From an uncultured Gemmatimonadales bacterium (GTDB lineage: Bacteria; Gemmatimonadota; Gemmatimonadetes; Gemmatimonadales; GWC2-71-9), in assembly GCA_963844035.1 (NCBI GenBank), contig CAWJMT010000004.1, forward strand, positions 320,001 through 384,000: a stretch of 64,000 bases of DNA, in the 5' to 3' direction. Made by a program: the position numbers and the translations under genes. Positions within the stretch are counted from its first letter, which is position 1, and every line of letters begins with the position of its first letter. Below the pieces are notes generated by a model that worked only from the letters and a program-made list of their open reading frames with translations, ran no database searches and had not been told where the DNA came from. Positions 9,848-20,318 of the stretch are shown in pieces.

Positions 9848-10641
9848 GGGCGGGCGCGGGTAAGGTTTTCCTCGTGGGCGCGGGCCCCGGCGATCCCGGA
9901 CTCATCACGGTGCGCGGCATGGCCGCACTCCGGCGCGCCGACGTCATCGTCTACGACCGGCTGGTGCATCCGCATCTCGTGGAGCGCGCGGCGCCCTGGG
10001 CGGAGCGAATCTTCGTCGGTAAACGCGCCGAGGGCCGGTCGATCGAGCAGGACAAGACAAATGAGCTGCTGGTCTCCCTCGCCCAGAGCGGTCAGGTGGT
10101 CGTGCGACTCAAGGGCGGCGACCCGTTCGTGTTCGGCCGTGGCGCTGAGGAGTGCGAGACGCTACGGCACGCCGGTATTCCGTTCGAGGTGATCCCCGGT
10201 GTCAGCTCGGCTCTGGCGGCTCCCGCGGCCGCGGGGATCCCGGTGACCCACCGGCGCTTTGCGTCGGCGTTCGCAGTTGCCGCCGGGCACGAGTGCGAAG
10301 GGGAGTCGGATCTCGATTGGGATGCGCTGGCCCGGATCCCGACGTTGGTGTTCTTGATGGGGCTGCGGGGCCTGTCCACCATTACCGGGCGGCTGCTCGC
10401 GCATGGCGCTCGCCCCGAGACACCGGCTGCGATCATCGCCAGCGCCACACTTCCAGAAGAGCGCACCGTGGTCGGAACGCTGGCGACGATCGCCGAGCTC
10501 GCGCAGGCCGCCGGAATCACCGCGCCTGCGACACTCGTCGTCGGTGAAGTCGTCCGGGTGCGCGACCTGTTGACCGCGCTGGGTGACGGTACGCTGCCCG
10601 CCGAATCGCCCGCCAATACCGCCGTTCTCATCGAAGCCTAA
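9844..10641 (+). CDS. cobA: Uroporphyrinogen-III C-methyltransferase
   Basis: LVGAGPGDPGLIT, RLKGGDPFVFGRG, IPGVSS. GTG overlaps the previous stop. Confidence 0.93.
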   Translation: MRAGAGKVFLVGAGPGDPGLITVRGMAALRRADVIVYDRLVHPHLVERAAPWAERIFVGKRAEGRSIEQDKTNELLVSLAQSGQVVVRLKGGDPFVFGRGAEECETLRHAGIPFEVIPGVSSALAAPAAAGIPVTHRRFASAFAVAAGHECEGESDLDWDALARIPTLVFLMGLRGLSTITGRLLAHGARPETPAAIIASATLPEERTVVGTLATIAELAQAAGITAPATLVVGEVVRVRDLLTALGDGTLPAESPANTAVLIEA

Positions 10642-10653
10642 AGGGACAGAATC

Positions 10654-12819
10654 ATGACCGTGACCCACGCCGACCCCGCTACTCAGCCGCTCCCGGAAGG
10701 GATCCTCCAGGAGCTCGCGGAGCTTGAAGAGCACATCAAGGAATTCCGCCGTGGCGAGATCGGCGAAGTGAAAATGCAAAAGATCCGCCTGCAGTTCGGG
10801 GTGTACGCCCAGCGCCAGGACGGCGTCCAGATGGTGCGGATCAAGATTCCCGGCGCGGTTCTCTCGGGAGACCAGTTGACCTGTCTCGCCGATGCCGCCG
10901 AGCGGTTTGGGAGCGCGTTCGTGCACTTCACCACGCGCGAGGACGCCCAGATCTACTACATGATCCTCGAAAGCGCGCCGGAGCTGATGCGCTTCCTCGC
11001 CCGCTCGGGAATCACGACCCGCGAGGCGTGCGGCAACACGGTCCGCAACATCACGGCGTGCTACCGCGCCGGGACGTCCCCCACCGAGGCGTTCGACGTC
11101 GCGCCCTATGCGCATGCGCTGTTTCGCTACCTGGTCCGCAACGACCACAACCAGGTGATGGGGCGGAAGTTCAAGATCACGTTCGAGGGATGTACCGAGG
11201 ACCATTCCGGCGTGCGGATCCACGACATCGGCTGGCTCGCCCGCGTGCGGCATGAGAACGGGAAGGAGCGTCGCGGGTTCGCGGTGCACGTGGGCGGCGG
11301 GCTGGGCGGCGCGCCCATGCTCTCGAACGTCTACAGCGAGTTCCTGCCGGTCGAGGAGATGTACAACTTCGCGTCCGCCATCCTGCGTCTGTTCGATCGC
11401 TACGGCGAGCGCAAGTCGCGCATGAAGGCGCGCATGAAGTTCCTGATCCAGGCGATGGGGTGGGAGAAGTTCAAGGAGGCGCTCGACAAGGAGCGGGAGA
11501 TCGTCGGCCCGATTCCCTTCCCGCCGGAAGACCTGATCGACGTGCATCAGCCGATCCCCGCGCCGCGCCGCGGACTTCCGGTCCACGATGACCGCCCGGC
11601 CTACAAGCGGTGGCACAGCGACTCGGTGGTGGCACACAAGATCCCGGGATTGCGCGGCGTGAACGTGCGCCTGCGGCTGGGAGACATCGAGAGCGAGCCG
11701 CTGCGCAAGCTGGCCGACGTCGTACGGCGTTATTCCGCCAACGAGGCGCGCGTCTCGATCGAGCAGAACCTGTACCTCCCCTGGGTGCGCGAGGAGGAGC
11801 TGCCCGCGCTGTACGACGCCCTGGTCGCGATCGGACTCGGCGACGCCGGCGCCGAGACCGTGGAAGACATCACGACCTGCCCCGCGGCCGACACCTGCCG
11901 CCTCGGCATCGCCTCAGCGAAAGGCCTCGGCTCGGCGCTTTCCGCGGCGCTCGAAAACGAGCTCGCCGAGTACGCCGACGTCGCCCGCGACGTGAAGATC
12001 AAGATCTCCGGGCTGCCCCAACGGCTGCGCGCAGCACGCCGTCGCCGACATCGGTTTCCACAGCGCCGCCCAGACCGAGGATGGCCGTACCGTCCCCTCG
12101 TATCTGCTGTTCGTGGGTGGCAAGGCCGATCTGCAGACTTCCCGGCTCGGCGGTGTGATCGGGCGATTCCCCGCCAAGAACGGGGTCAAGGTGCTCGAGG
12201 CGCTGCTTTCCACCTATCAGCGCGAGCGGCAGCCGGGCGAGGACTTCGGCACGTGCGCCGAGCGGATTGGCGAGGCAAAGCTCAAGGAAATCCTCGAGCC
12301 GCTGCGCGCTGTGCGCTCGTTCGATGAGGATCCCTCGTTCTATCAGGATTGGGGACATGCGAACGAAAAGTTCGCGGTCCGCCAGGGCGTAAAGGGCGAG
12401 TGCGCGGGAACGACCGTGGCGGAGAAGGTCCCCTCGGTCGCGGACGCGCAGGAAGCGTTCGCGCAGGCCGAGGCGTACTTCTCCCACAAGGAGTTCGAGG
12501 CGACGCTCGCCGCCGGGTACGAGGCGGCCGCAGCGGCGGCTCGTGTCCCGCTCTATCGGCGGCTGGTCGATCCCTTCACGCCCGAGCAGACGATGTGGGA
12601 GTTCGAGAACATCTTCGTGCGCTCAGGGCAGACCAACGGTCAGTGGACAGGATGTGCGCGCGGAGTTCGACGGCCTGCGGAAGGCGCGAGCCAGGCGAAA
12701 GCACGGCGCGGGCGATCCTCGATCGGGCCCGCGAGTTCGGGACGTTCTGCGCAGGGTTCAAGGCCGACCCGATCAAGTTCAAGGCGGCACCGGCTGCGGC
12801 GCAGGAGGCCGCGGACTGA
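10654..12819 (+). CDS. Siroheme nitrite/sulfite reductase with C-terminal extension, frameshifts near 12012 and 12655-12690
   Basis: HFTTRED, ACGNTVRNI, RKFKI, TCPAADTCRLG and (after the frameshift) SGCPNGC. Sits with cysH and siroheme genes, so sulfite reductase is likely. Confidence 0.88.
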
Positions 12820-12826
12820 TTGCGTC

Positions 12827-13594
12827 GTGGCCAGCAATTCCACGTTGAGCAAAGTCCCAGCCGTCACGCTGGGGTTCTGGATCATCAAGATCGCGGCGAC
12901 CACGCTGGGCGAGACTGCCGGCGACACCGTGACGATGACGTGGGATTTAGGCTATCTGACAGGCACCGCGATATTCCTGTCCGTGTTGGTGCTGCTTGTC
13001 GTGCTTCAGATCAGGGCCCAGCAATTCCACGCATTCCTCTACTGGGCCACGATCGTGGCATCCACGACCGCGGGCACGACCGCTGCCGATTTCGCAACTC
13101 GCTCTCTGGGGATCGGCTACACGGGAGGGTCCGCGATCCTGCTGGTCTGCGTCCTGGCTTCGCTTGCCATCTGGTACCGGTCGGAAGGGACGGTATCGGT
13201 CCAGACAGTCAACACGCCCAGAGTGGAGGCGTTCTACTGGACAACGATCACGTTTTCCCAAACCCTGGGAACCGCCCTCGGCGACTGGATGGCCGACTCA
13301 TCCGGACTCGGGTTTGCGGGCGCCGCGCTGGTGTTCGCGGCAGTATTGGTTCTCGTGACCGCTGCCTATTTCTGGACCAACATCTCCCGCGTGCTGCTGT
13401 TCTGGGCGGCGTTCATCGTAACTCGGCCGCTCGGCGCCACCGTGGGTGACGTGCTCGACAAACCAGTCAATGAGGGCGGGCTCGCGCTGAGCCGGCCAAT
13501 TGCGTCTGCCGTGATCGCGGCGTTGATCATCGCCTGTATTCTCTTCATTCCGCAACGGGCCGCCCGCGCCGAACCCGTCACCCCCGCGCCCTGA
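12827..13594 (+). CDS. COG4705 (DUF347-repeat) membrane protein
   Basis: SKVPAVTLGFWIIKIAATTLGETAGD, TFSQTLGTALGDW, FWAAFIVTRPLGATVGD. Confidence 0.85.
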   Translation: MASNSTLSKVPAVTLGFWIIKIAATTLGETAGDTVTMTWDLGYLTGTAIFLSVLVLLVVLQIRAQQFHAFLYWATIVASTTAGTTAADFATRSLGIGYTGGSAILLVCVLASLAIWYRSEGTVSVQTVNTPRVEAFYWTTITFSQTLGTALGDWMADSSGLGFAGAALVFAAVLVLVTAAYFWTNISRVLLFWAAFIVTRPLGATVGDVLDKPVNEGGLALSRPIASAVIAALIIACILFIPQRAARAEPVTPAP

Positions 13595-15131
13595 GCAACG
13601 GCAGTTCCAAACTGTCCTTGAGCGCCTGCCAGCTCGCCTCGATGATGTTCTCCGAACACCCCACCGTGCTCCACCGCTCCGATCCTCGGGCAGACTCGAG
13701 CACCACGCGCGGCTTGGCCGCGGTGCCGAGATGCTCGTCCACGATCCGCACCTTGTAGTCCACCAGGTGAACGTCGGCCAGCTCCGGATAGTGCGGCAGT
13801 AGGCCCTTTCGAACCGCGCAATCCAGCGCATTGACGGGCCCGGCGCCTTCGGCGGCCGTGTGCACAACCTCCCCCTGAACGCGCAACTTCACCATCGCCT
13901 GCGCGCCGATCCCCGCCCCGTTCGTTTCCTCGACCACCACGGTGAAGCCGAGCAGCTCGAACGGGGGTTTGTAGTCCGCCGCTGAGCGGCGCACCAGCAT
14001 CTCGAACGAGCCGTCGGCTCCTTCGAACTGAAACCCCTGGTGCTCGAGCTCTTTGATCTTCTGCAGCAGGTCATTCTCGGACACCCCGACCTTCAGCCCG
14101 AGCGCCTCGGCGCGCATCGAGACGTTGCGCCGGCCGGCGAGCTCGCTGACCACGACGCGCATTTCGTTGCCGACCAGCGCCGGGTCGATATGCTGGTAGC
14201 TCTCGGGCACCTTCGCGACCGCGGCGACGTGGATTCCGCCCTTGTGCACGAAGGCACTGCGACCCACGTACGGCTGGTGGGCGTCGGGGTTCAAGTTCGC
14301 GACCGCGGCGACAAAATGCGCCACATCGGTGAGGCTGCGGAGCTGTTCGGGCGTGACCACCTCGTAGCCGAGCTTGAGCTGCAGCGTGGCGATCAGCGGA
14401 ATGAGATCGAGGTTGCCGCAGCGCTCCCCGTAGCCGTTGATGGTGCCCTGGACGTGAACGCATCCCGCCCGGACTCCCGCGAGCGCGTTGGCGAGCCCCA
14501 GCCCGGAGTCGTTGTGCGTGTGGATGCCGAGCGGCGTCGAGATCTCGGCGCGCGCCGCGCAGACCCGTTCCTCTACCACATGCGGCAGCTCACCGCCGTT
14601 GGTATCGCAGAACACGACGCAGTCGGCGCCGGCATCGGCCGCCGCGCGCACCGTCGCGAGCGCGTACGCCTGATCGAGACGGGACCCGTCGAAGAAGTGC
14701 TCGGCATCGTAGATCACTTCCTTGCCGGCGCGCTTCAGGTAGGCGACGCTTTCCCCGATCATCCGCAGGTTCTCGTCCCGGGTAGTGCCAAGCACCCGCT
14801 CCACGTGCAGCGCCGAGCTCTTGCCGACGAGCGTCACCACGGGCGTCTCCGCCTCGAGCAGGGCCCGGAGATTCTGGTCGTCTTCGCAGCGCGTGCCGGC
14901 GCGCCGCGTCATTCCGAACGCGGCGACCTTCGCCCTCCGCAGGCCCTCCCGCCCGATCCGCGCGAAGAACTCGGCGTCCTTGGGGTTCGAGCCCGGCCAC
15001 CCGCCCTCGAGGTAGTGGATCCCGAGGTCGTCCAGGCGGTGGGCGATCTTCACCTTGTCCTCGACCGAGAGGGATAGTCCCTCGCGCTGCGTCCCGTCCC
15101 GCAGGGTGGTGTCGTACAGAAAGAGCTTCAT
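13578..15131 (-). CDS. cimA: Citramalate synthase
   Basis: YDTTLRDGTQREG, EGGWPGSNPKD, YDAEHFFDG, HTHNDSG, HKGGIH, GCSENIIEASWQAL. RBS GAGG before ATG 15131. Confidence 0.92.
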   Translation of the reverse strand: MKLFLYDTTLRDGTQREGLSLSVEDKVKIAHRLDDLGIHYLEGGWPGSNPKDAEFFARIGREGLRRAKVAAFGMTRRAGTRCEDDQNLRALLEAETPVVTLVGKSSALHVERVLGTTRDENLRMIGESVAYLKRAGKEVIYDAEHFFDGSRLDQAYALATVRAAADAGADCVVFCDTNGGELPHVVEERVCAARAEISTPLGIHTHNDSGLGLANALAGVRAGCVHVQGTINGYGERCGNLDLIPLIATLQLKLGYEVVTPEQLRSLTDVAHFVAAVANLNPDAHQPYVGRSAFVHKGGIHVAAVAKVPESYQHIDPALVGNEMRVVVSELAGRRNVSMRAEALGLKVGVSENDLLQKIKELEHQGFQFEGADGSFEMLVRRSAADYKPPFELLGFTVVVEETNGAGIGAQAMVKLRVQGEVVHTAAEGAGPVNALDCAVRKGLLPHYPELADVHLVDYKVRIVDEHLGTAAKPRVVLESARGSERWSTVGCSENIIEASWQALKDSLELPLLRARG

Positions 15132-15165
15132 TAGAACCTCGTGGCCGCCCGTTGAAGGACAGCCC

Positions 15166-15201
15166 AAAAACGTGCGCGGCCTCTCATGCTGCGAGAGGCC
15201 G
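15166..15201 (-). terminator. Attenuator terminator upstream of cimA
   Basis: Minus strand CGGCCTCTC-GCAGCAT-GAGAGGCCG then CGCACG TTTTT. Confidence 0.65.
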
Positions 15202-15229
15202 GGTGATCCTGCTGGTTCGGAACCTTCTG

Positions 15230-15313
15230 CTACCCGAGTGCCGGCCCCCCGCCTCTCCTAGAGAGTCGAATCGCGATGATGCGAATCAGCGAGGAAACGG
15301 GGCGGCGACGCAT
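15230..15313 (-). CDS. Ile-rich leader peptide MRRRPVSSLIRIIAIRLSRRGGGPALG
   Basis: 27 codons with 4 Ile in LIRIIAIRL. Lies downstream of TTGACG-16-TAGTAT and upstream of a terminator and cimA. Confidence 0.72.
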   Translation of the reverse strand: MRRRPVSSLIRIIAIRLSRRGGGPALG

Positions 15314-15499
15314 GGGTGTCCCGCCCATACTAATCGCCCGCCTGAGCGCGTCAACCCCGCACGAGGCACCCCCTACCCAGAATAGCTGAAATGGTTTCAC
15401 GGCAGTGCATAATCTGCATGAGTTTGTAGTCCTATGCCGTTACTATGACCATAAAGTGCGTGATTGATAGCCGTTCCTTGCAAGAAATGCACGAATTGC

Positions 15500-15528
15500 T
15501 TGACATATGGTCAATTCGCACTTAAGAT
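15500..15528 (+). promoter_or_regulatory. Sigma70 promoter of the porin gene, overlapped by the palindrome TTGAC-N5-GTCAA
   Basis: TTGACA-17-TAAGAT with an inverted repeat at 15500-15514. Confidence 0.7.
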
Positions 15529-15592
15529 GCCCGAACGGTACGCAACAGTCCAACACGGACGCCGCTTTTCACCACTTTGCAGAGGAGCCGTA

Positions 15593-16794
15593 ATGTCGCC
15601 CCTCACTCGTACGCAGCGACTGCTGAGCCTTGTCTGGCTCGGTGCCCTCGCCACCCCGTTGGCCGCCGAGGCCGTGCCCGACGTCGGGCCGGATTCCCTG
15701 TCAGCCGCCGCCGCGGCGCCGGCCGCCGCCCCCGCCGAGGATGCAGCTCCTGGCATCAAGCTGAGCGGCTACGCGGAAGGATCCTACGTGTATTCAACCG
15801 CGCCTGCGGACCCGAACATCATCGTCGGGCATGCCTACGATAGATATTCGAACGCGTTCTACTTCAATGCCCTCAAGCTCGTCGCCGACAAGCCGTTCGA
15901 TCCGAAGAAAGTGAGTGGTGGCGTGCGTGCCGAAGTGTACCTCGGACAGAATGCCGCACTCACTCAGTCCAGCGGCCTCAGTCTCGGTCCAAATGGCGAC
16001 GTCACCCAGGCCTATGCCGTACTCAACCTCCCGACTGGCAGCGGCAACGGCATGCAGATCAAGATGGGGAAGATGGTGACGCTCATGGGCCTTGAGGTTA
16101 TCGAAACCCCCTATAACCCGGTGTGGTCCATTGGGAACCAGTTCATATTTGTCGAGCCCGTCACCTCGACCGGCGTTGAGCTCGACCTCAAACCCTCCAG
16201 CGCTCTAGACGTCGAGCTTCGAGTCGACAACGGTTGGGACCGAACCGTCGTGGCCGATGGCCAGAAGAGCTTCATGGGGCGGTTGGGACTCACCGGCGCC
16301 AGCATGTCCCTCGGCCTCATCGGGTACTACGGTCAGATGCAGTCGGGCCTCGACGCGGCCCGGTACGGCTTCCAAGCGTTGCTCAACAAGAAGCTCGGGA
16401 AGGCGTCACTCTGGATTCAGGGCGACTACGGCATGGAGGCGGCAAACGCCAACCTGGCCGACCCGACGCAAGACGCTACCTGGTGGGCGCTCGGAGTCTG
16501 GCTGGCCGCTGACATGTCGCCGACAACGACTTTCTCGGTGCGCGGCGACTACCTGAACGATGCGCAGGGAGCGCGCACGGCAGGCGCATTTGGCCTGGGA
16601 CCCGTATTCGCCGGGGGGGGCCGTACGACGCGCACGCGCTCTGGAGCGTCACCGGGAACTTGAACATCAAGACCTTCCCGGGCGTTCTCATCCGGCCCGA
16701 AGTCCGGTATGACCAGTCGAACTATGACGTCTATGACAACGGCACCAGCGGTTCTCAGGTCGTCGCCGCGATCAGCGTAGCGTACATCTTCTAA
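15593..16794 (+). CDS. Outer-membrane beta-barrel porin (BBP2/DUF1597-like), frameshift in the G-run near 16615
   Basis: Signal peptide, LSGYAEGSY, QAYAVL, GKMVTLMGLEVIE, NGWD, and C-terminal ISVAYIF beta-signal. RBS GAGGAG. Confidence 0.8.
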
Positions 16795-16869
16795 GCCCTC
16801 ACACTGCGAAGCAAATGAAAAGGGCACGGCTCCGTGCCCATGGCGAGGCGCCTCTTACATGTCGGTGGT

Positions 16870-18223
16870 CTAGTACAGGCCCAGGTACCGCTCCAGCTCC
16901 CACTCGCTCACGCGGCCGATGTACTCCTGCCACTCGCGCTGCTTGGCTTCGACGAAGCGCTCGTGGATGTGGTCGCCCAGCGCGGCGCGGACCGTGTCGT
17001 CCTTTTCCATGTACTCGAGCGCCTCGTGCAGGTCCCGGGGCAGATCGTCGATGCGGTAGTGACGCCGCTCGCGAAAGCTCATCTCGAAGATGTTCTTGTT
17101 CACCGGGTCGGGCGGCGTCAGCTTGCGCTCGATGCCGTCCAGACCGGCGGCGATCTGCACCGTGAGCGAGAGGTACGGATCGGCCGACGGGTCCGGCATC
17201 CGCAGCTCGCAGCGGGTGCCGACCTCGCGGCGCTCCGGGATGCGGATCAGCGGTGAGCGATTCCGCATCGACCAGGCGACGTGCACCGGCGCCTCGTAAC
17301 CCGGGACGAGCCGCTTGTAGCTGTTGACGAGCGGGTTGGTGACCGCGCAGAAGCCGCGCGCGTGCTTGAGGAGGCCGCCGATGTACTGCAACGCGACGGT
17401 CGACAGTTCCCACTGCGCCTTGGGATCGTAGAAACTGTTGGTGCCCTGCCGGAACAGCGAATGGCTCGTGTGCATCCCGGAGCCGGCCTGCCCGAAGATC
17501 GGCTGCGGCATGAAGGTGGCCAGGAACCCGTGGCGATACGCCACGTTGCGCACCACGAACTTGAAGGTCGCGAGGTTGTCGGCGGTCTCGAGCGCCCCGG
17601 CGTAGCGGAAGTCGATTTCATGCTGCCCGGGCGCCACTTCATGGTGGCCGCCTTCGACCTCGAACCCCATGGAGACCAGGTCGCGCACGATCACGCGCCG
17701 GATCTGCTCGGCGCGGTCCACCGGGGTCAGGTCGAAGTAGCCGCCGCTGTCGTGCGTGCGGGTGGTCGCCTTGCCGTCCGACCCGAGCTGGAAGATGTAG
17801 AACTCCGCCTCGACGCCCGACCATCACGTCGTAGCGCAGCGCCGCGGCGCGCGCGATCTGCCGTTTGAGGGTCTGGCGCGGGCACCCGGCGAACGGGGAA
17901 CCGTCGGGGTTGTAGATGTCGCACAGCAACCGCGCGACGCGGCCGCCTTCGTCGTCGTAGGGCAGGATCCGGAACGTATCGAGGTCGGGCTTCAGGACCA
18001 TGTCCGATTCTTCGATGCGGACAAATCCCTCGATCGCCGAGCCGTCGAACCGGATGTCCCCTTCGAGCGCCTTGGCGAACTGGCTCTCGGGCACCTCGAA
18101 GTTCTTGTTGATGCCGAGGATATCGGTGAACTGGAGGCGCAGGAACGCCACGCCGTGTTCCTTGCAGAGCGCGAGGATGTCGCGCTTCGAGGCTCCGGTG
18201 GTCTTCTCGGGTGTCACGGTCAT
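16870..18223 (-). CDS. glnA: Glutamine synthetase type I (alpha-like), frameshift near 17815
   Basis: [58 protein letters not shown]. No adenylylation Tyr (NKNIFEM). Confidence 0.9.
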
Positions 18224-18299
18224 GGCGCGACCTAATATAGGCGCGCCGGCGGCGCTGAGGCGGCCGGAACCGTCCCGGCCGCCTCAACACACGTCGACG

Positions 18300-19753
18300 T
18301 CACACGTCGTAGTACAGGAAGAATTCGTACGGATGGGGACGGAGCGCGACGGGGTCGATCTCCTTCGCCCGCTTGTAGGCCAGCCACGTATCGATCAGGT
18401 CCTTCGTGAACACGCCGCCCTCGGTCAGGAACGCATTGTCCGCCTCGAGCGCTGCCAGCGACTCACCCAGCGAACCGGGGGTGTTCTTGATGTGCTTCCG
18501 CTCTTCCGGCTCGAGATCGTACAGATCCTTATCCAGCGGCTTGGGCGGCTCGATCTTGTTCTTCACGCCGTCCAGGCCGGCCATCAGCAGGGCGGCAAAC
18601 GTGAGGTACGGGTTGCTCGACGGATCGGGCGCCCGGAACTCGATGCGCTTGGCCTTGGGCGACTTGGAGTACATCGGGATGCGGCAGATCGCCGACGCGG
18701 TTGCGCGCCGAGTACATGAGGTTGATCGGCGCCTCGTAGCCCGGCACCAGCCGGCGGTAGCTGTTGGTGGTGGGAGCAGCGAACGCCAGCAGCGCCCCGG
18801 CGTGCTTGATCAGCCCGCCGATATAGTGGCGCGCCATGTCGGAAAGCATGGCGTACCCCTTTTCGTCGAAGAACAGCGGCTTGCCCTGGTTCCACAGGCT
18901 CATGTGCACGTGCATACCCGGAGCCGTTGTCGCCGTACATCGGCTTCGGCATGAACGTGGCCGTGTAGCCGTTCTGCTTGCAGACGTTCTTCACGATGTA
19001 CTTGTACATCATGATTTGGTCGCCCATGCGCGTGAGCGTGCCGAAACGCATGTCGATCTCGGTCTGGCCCGCCGTGCCGACTTCGTGGTGGTGCACTTCC
19101 ACCGGAATTCCGGCCCCGAGCATCGCGAGCATGATCTTGGAACGCAGATCCTGCTGCTTGTCGGTGGGCGGCACCGGGAAGTAACCCTCTTTGTGCCGCG
19201 GGCGATGCGCCAGGTTGGGCGTGCCGTCGTCCTGCCCTGAGTTCCAGATGCCTTCCTCGGAGTCGATGAAGTAGTAACCCGAGTGCGCGTTCTGATCGAA
19301 CCGCGCCGAATTGAAGATGTAGAACTCCGCCTCGGGGCCAAAGTAGACCGTGTCGGCAATCCCCGACTTCGTGAGAAATGCCTCGGCCTTCTGGGCCACG
19401 TAGCGTGGATCGCGCGAGTAGCGCTGTCCGGTGATCGGGTCCCCGATGTCACAGGTGAGCGACAGCGTCGGAATCTCGAGGCAGGGATCGACGAACGCGC
19501 TCGCCGGATCCGGGAACAGCAGCATGTCGCTCTCGTTGATCGCCTGGAAGCCCCGGATCGACGATCCGTCGAAACCAATCCCCTCAGCGAAGAGGGATTC
19601 GGTCATCTCGCTGACGGGAATCGAAAAGTGCTGCCAGGTCCCGGGCAGGTCGGTGAAGCGGACGTCGACGACCTGTACTCCGCTCTCCTTCGCGAGTTTG
19701 ATCGCGTCGGCCGGCGTGGCGCCCTTAGCGGTGGTCGCTGGTTTCGCGGTCAT
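18300..19753 (-). CDS. glnA: Glutamine synthetase type I (beta-like, adenylylatable), frameshifts near 18920 and 18695
   Basis: [65 protein letters not shown]. Confidence 0.94.
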
Positions 19754-19841
19754 ATGAGACAAATCCTCCGAGGCATCGGGTCACTCCAGGGTGGTCAGGG
19801 CTGCAACGGGCTCCACGACATCGGGCGGCCGACGGGGCGAG

Positions 19842-19870
19842 AAGCTATTCCTCGCCTTATGACCCGTCAA
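19842..19870 (-). promoter_or_regulatory. Sigma70-type promoter of glnA
   Basis: TTGACG-17-TAGCTT on the minus strand. Confidence 0.55.
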
Positions 19871-20318
19871 GCAAAATCGGCGTATCTGCGTCACCTACGC
19901 GCCTGGCACGTCGATCCTCGCGCCGCGAGTGCACAACCAGCGTTCGAACACTGCATGTCGTGCAGGGATTGCTCGGCAGTCATGGCGCTGCGAGCTGCGC
20001 CAGTGTTCGAAATGTTCTACATGTCGTTCAAAGCGTGCGAAATATGCACAGAACTTTGCTCACTGCGCAAGGAGACGCTGTAGAATCGAGCCTGGCATGG
20101 AAAATCAGTGCAAAATGTGCACAAGTGGAACTGCAAAGTGGGTTTGTTGCCGGCGGATTATGCGCCCGACGACCAGGACCGACCGTTCGCCTTCCTGGCC
20201 CCGCTCGCGCCCCAGGGGTATGATGGCTCCAGGGGGCGGCTGGCGCCGGCGCCTCCTTGGTTGCCGACGCCCTCACCCCTCTCGTTCTTACGCTCACCAA
20301 GAGCAGGAGGGACAGGGT

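Noticed and set aside
12113..13594. Apparent fusion of the sulfite reductase tail to the COG4705 membrane protein
   Set aside because: Frameshifts near 12655-12690 carry the frame past the real stop at 12819. COG4705 has its own GTG at 12827.
20092..20112. Sigma54 promoter or NtrC box near glnA
   Set aside because: TGGCA is not followed by GC at the required 10-nt spacing, and the TGCA pairs have N5 rather than the N9 spacing of NtrC.
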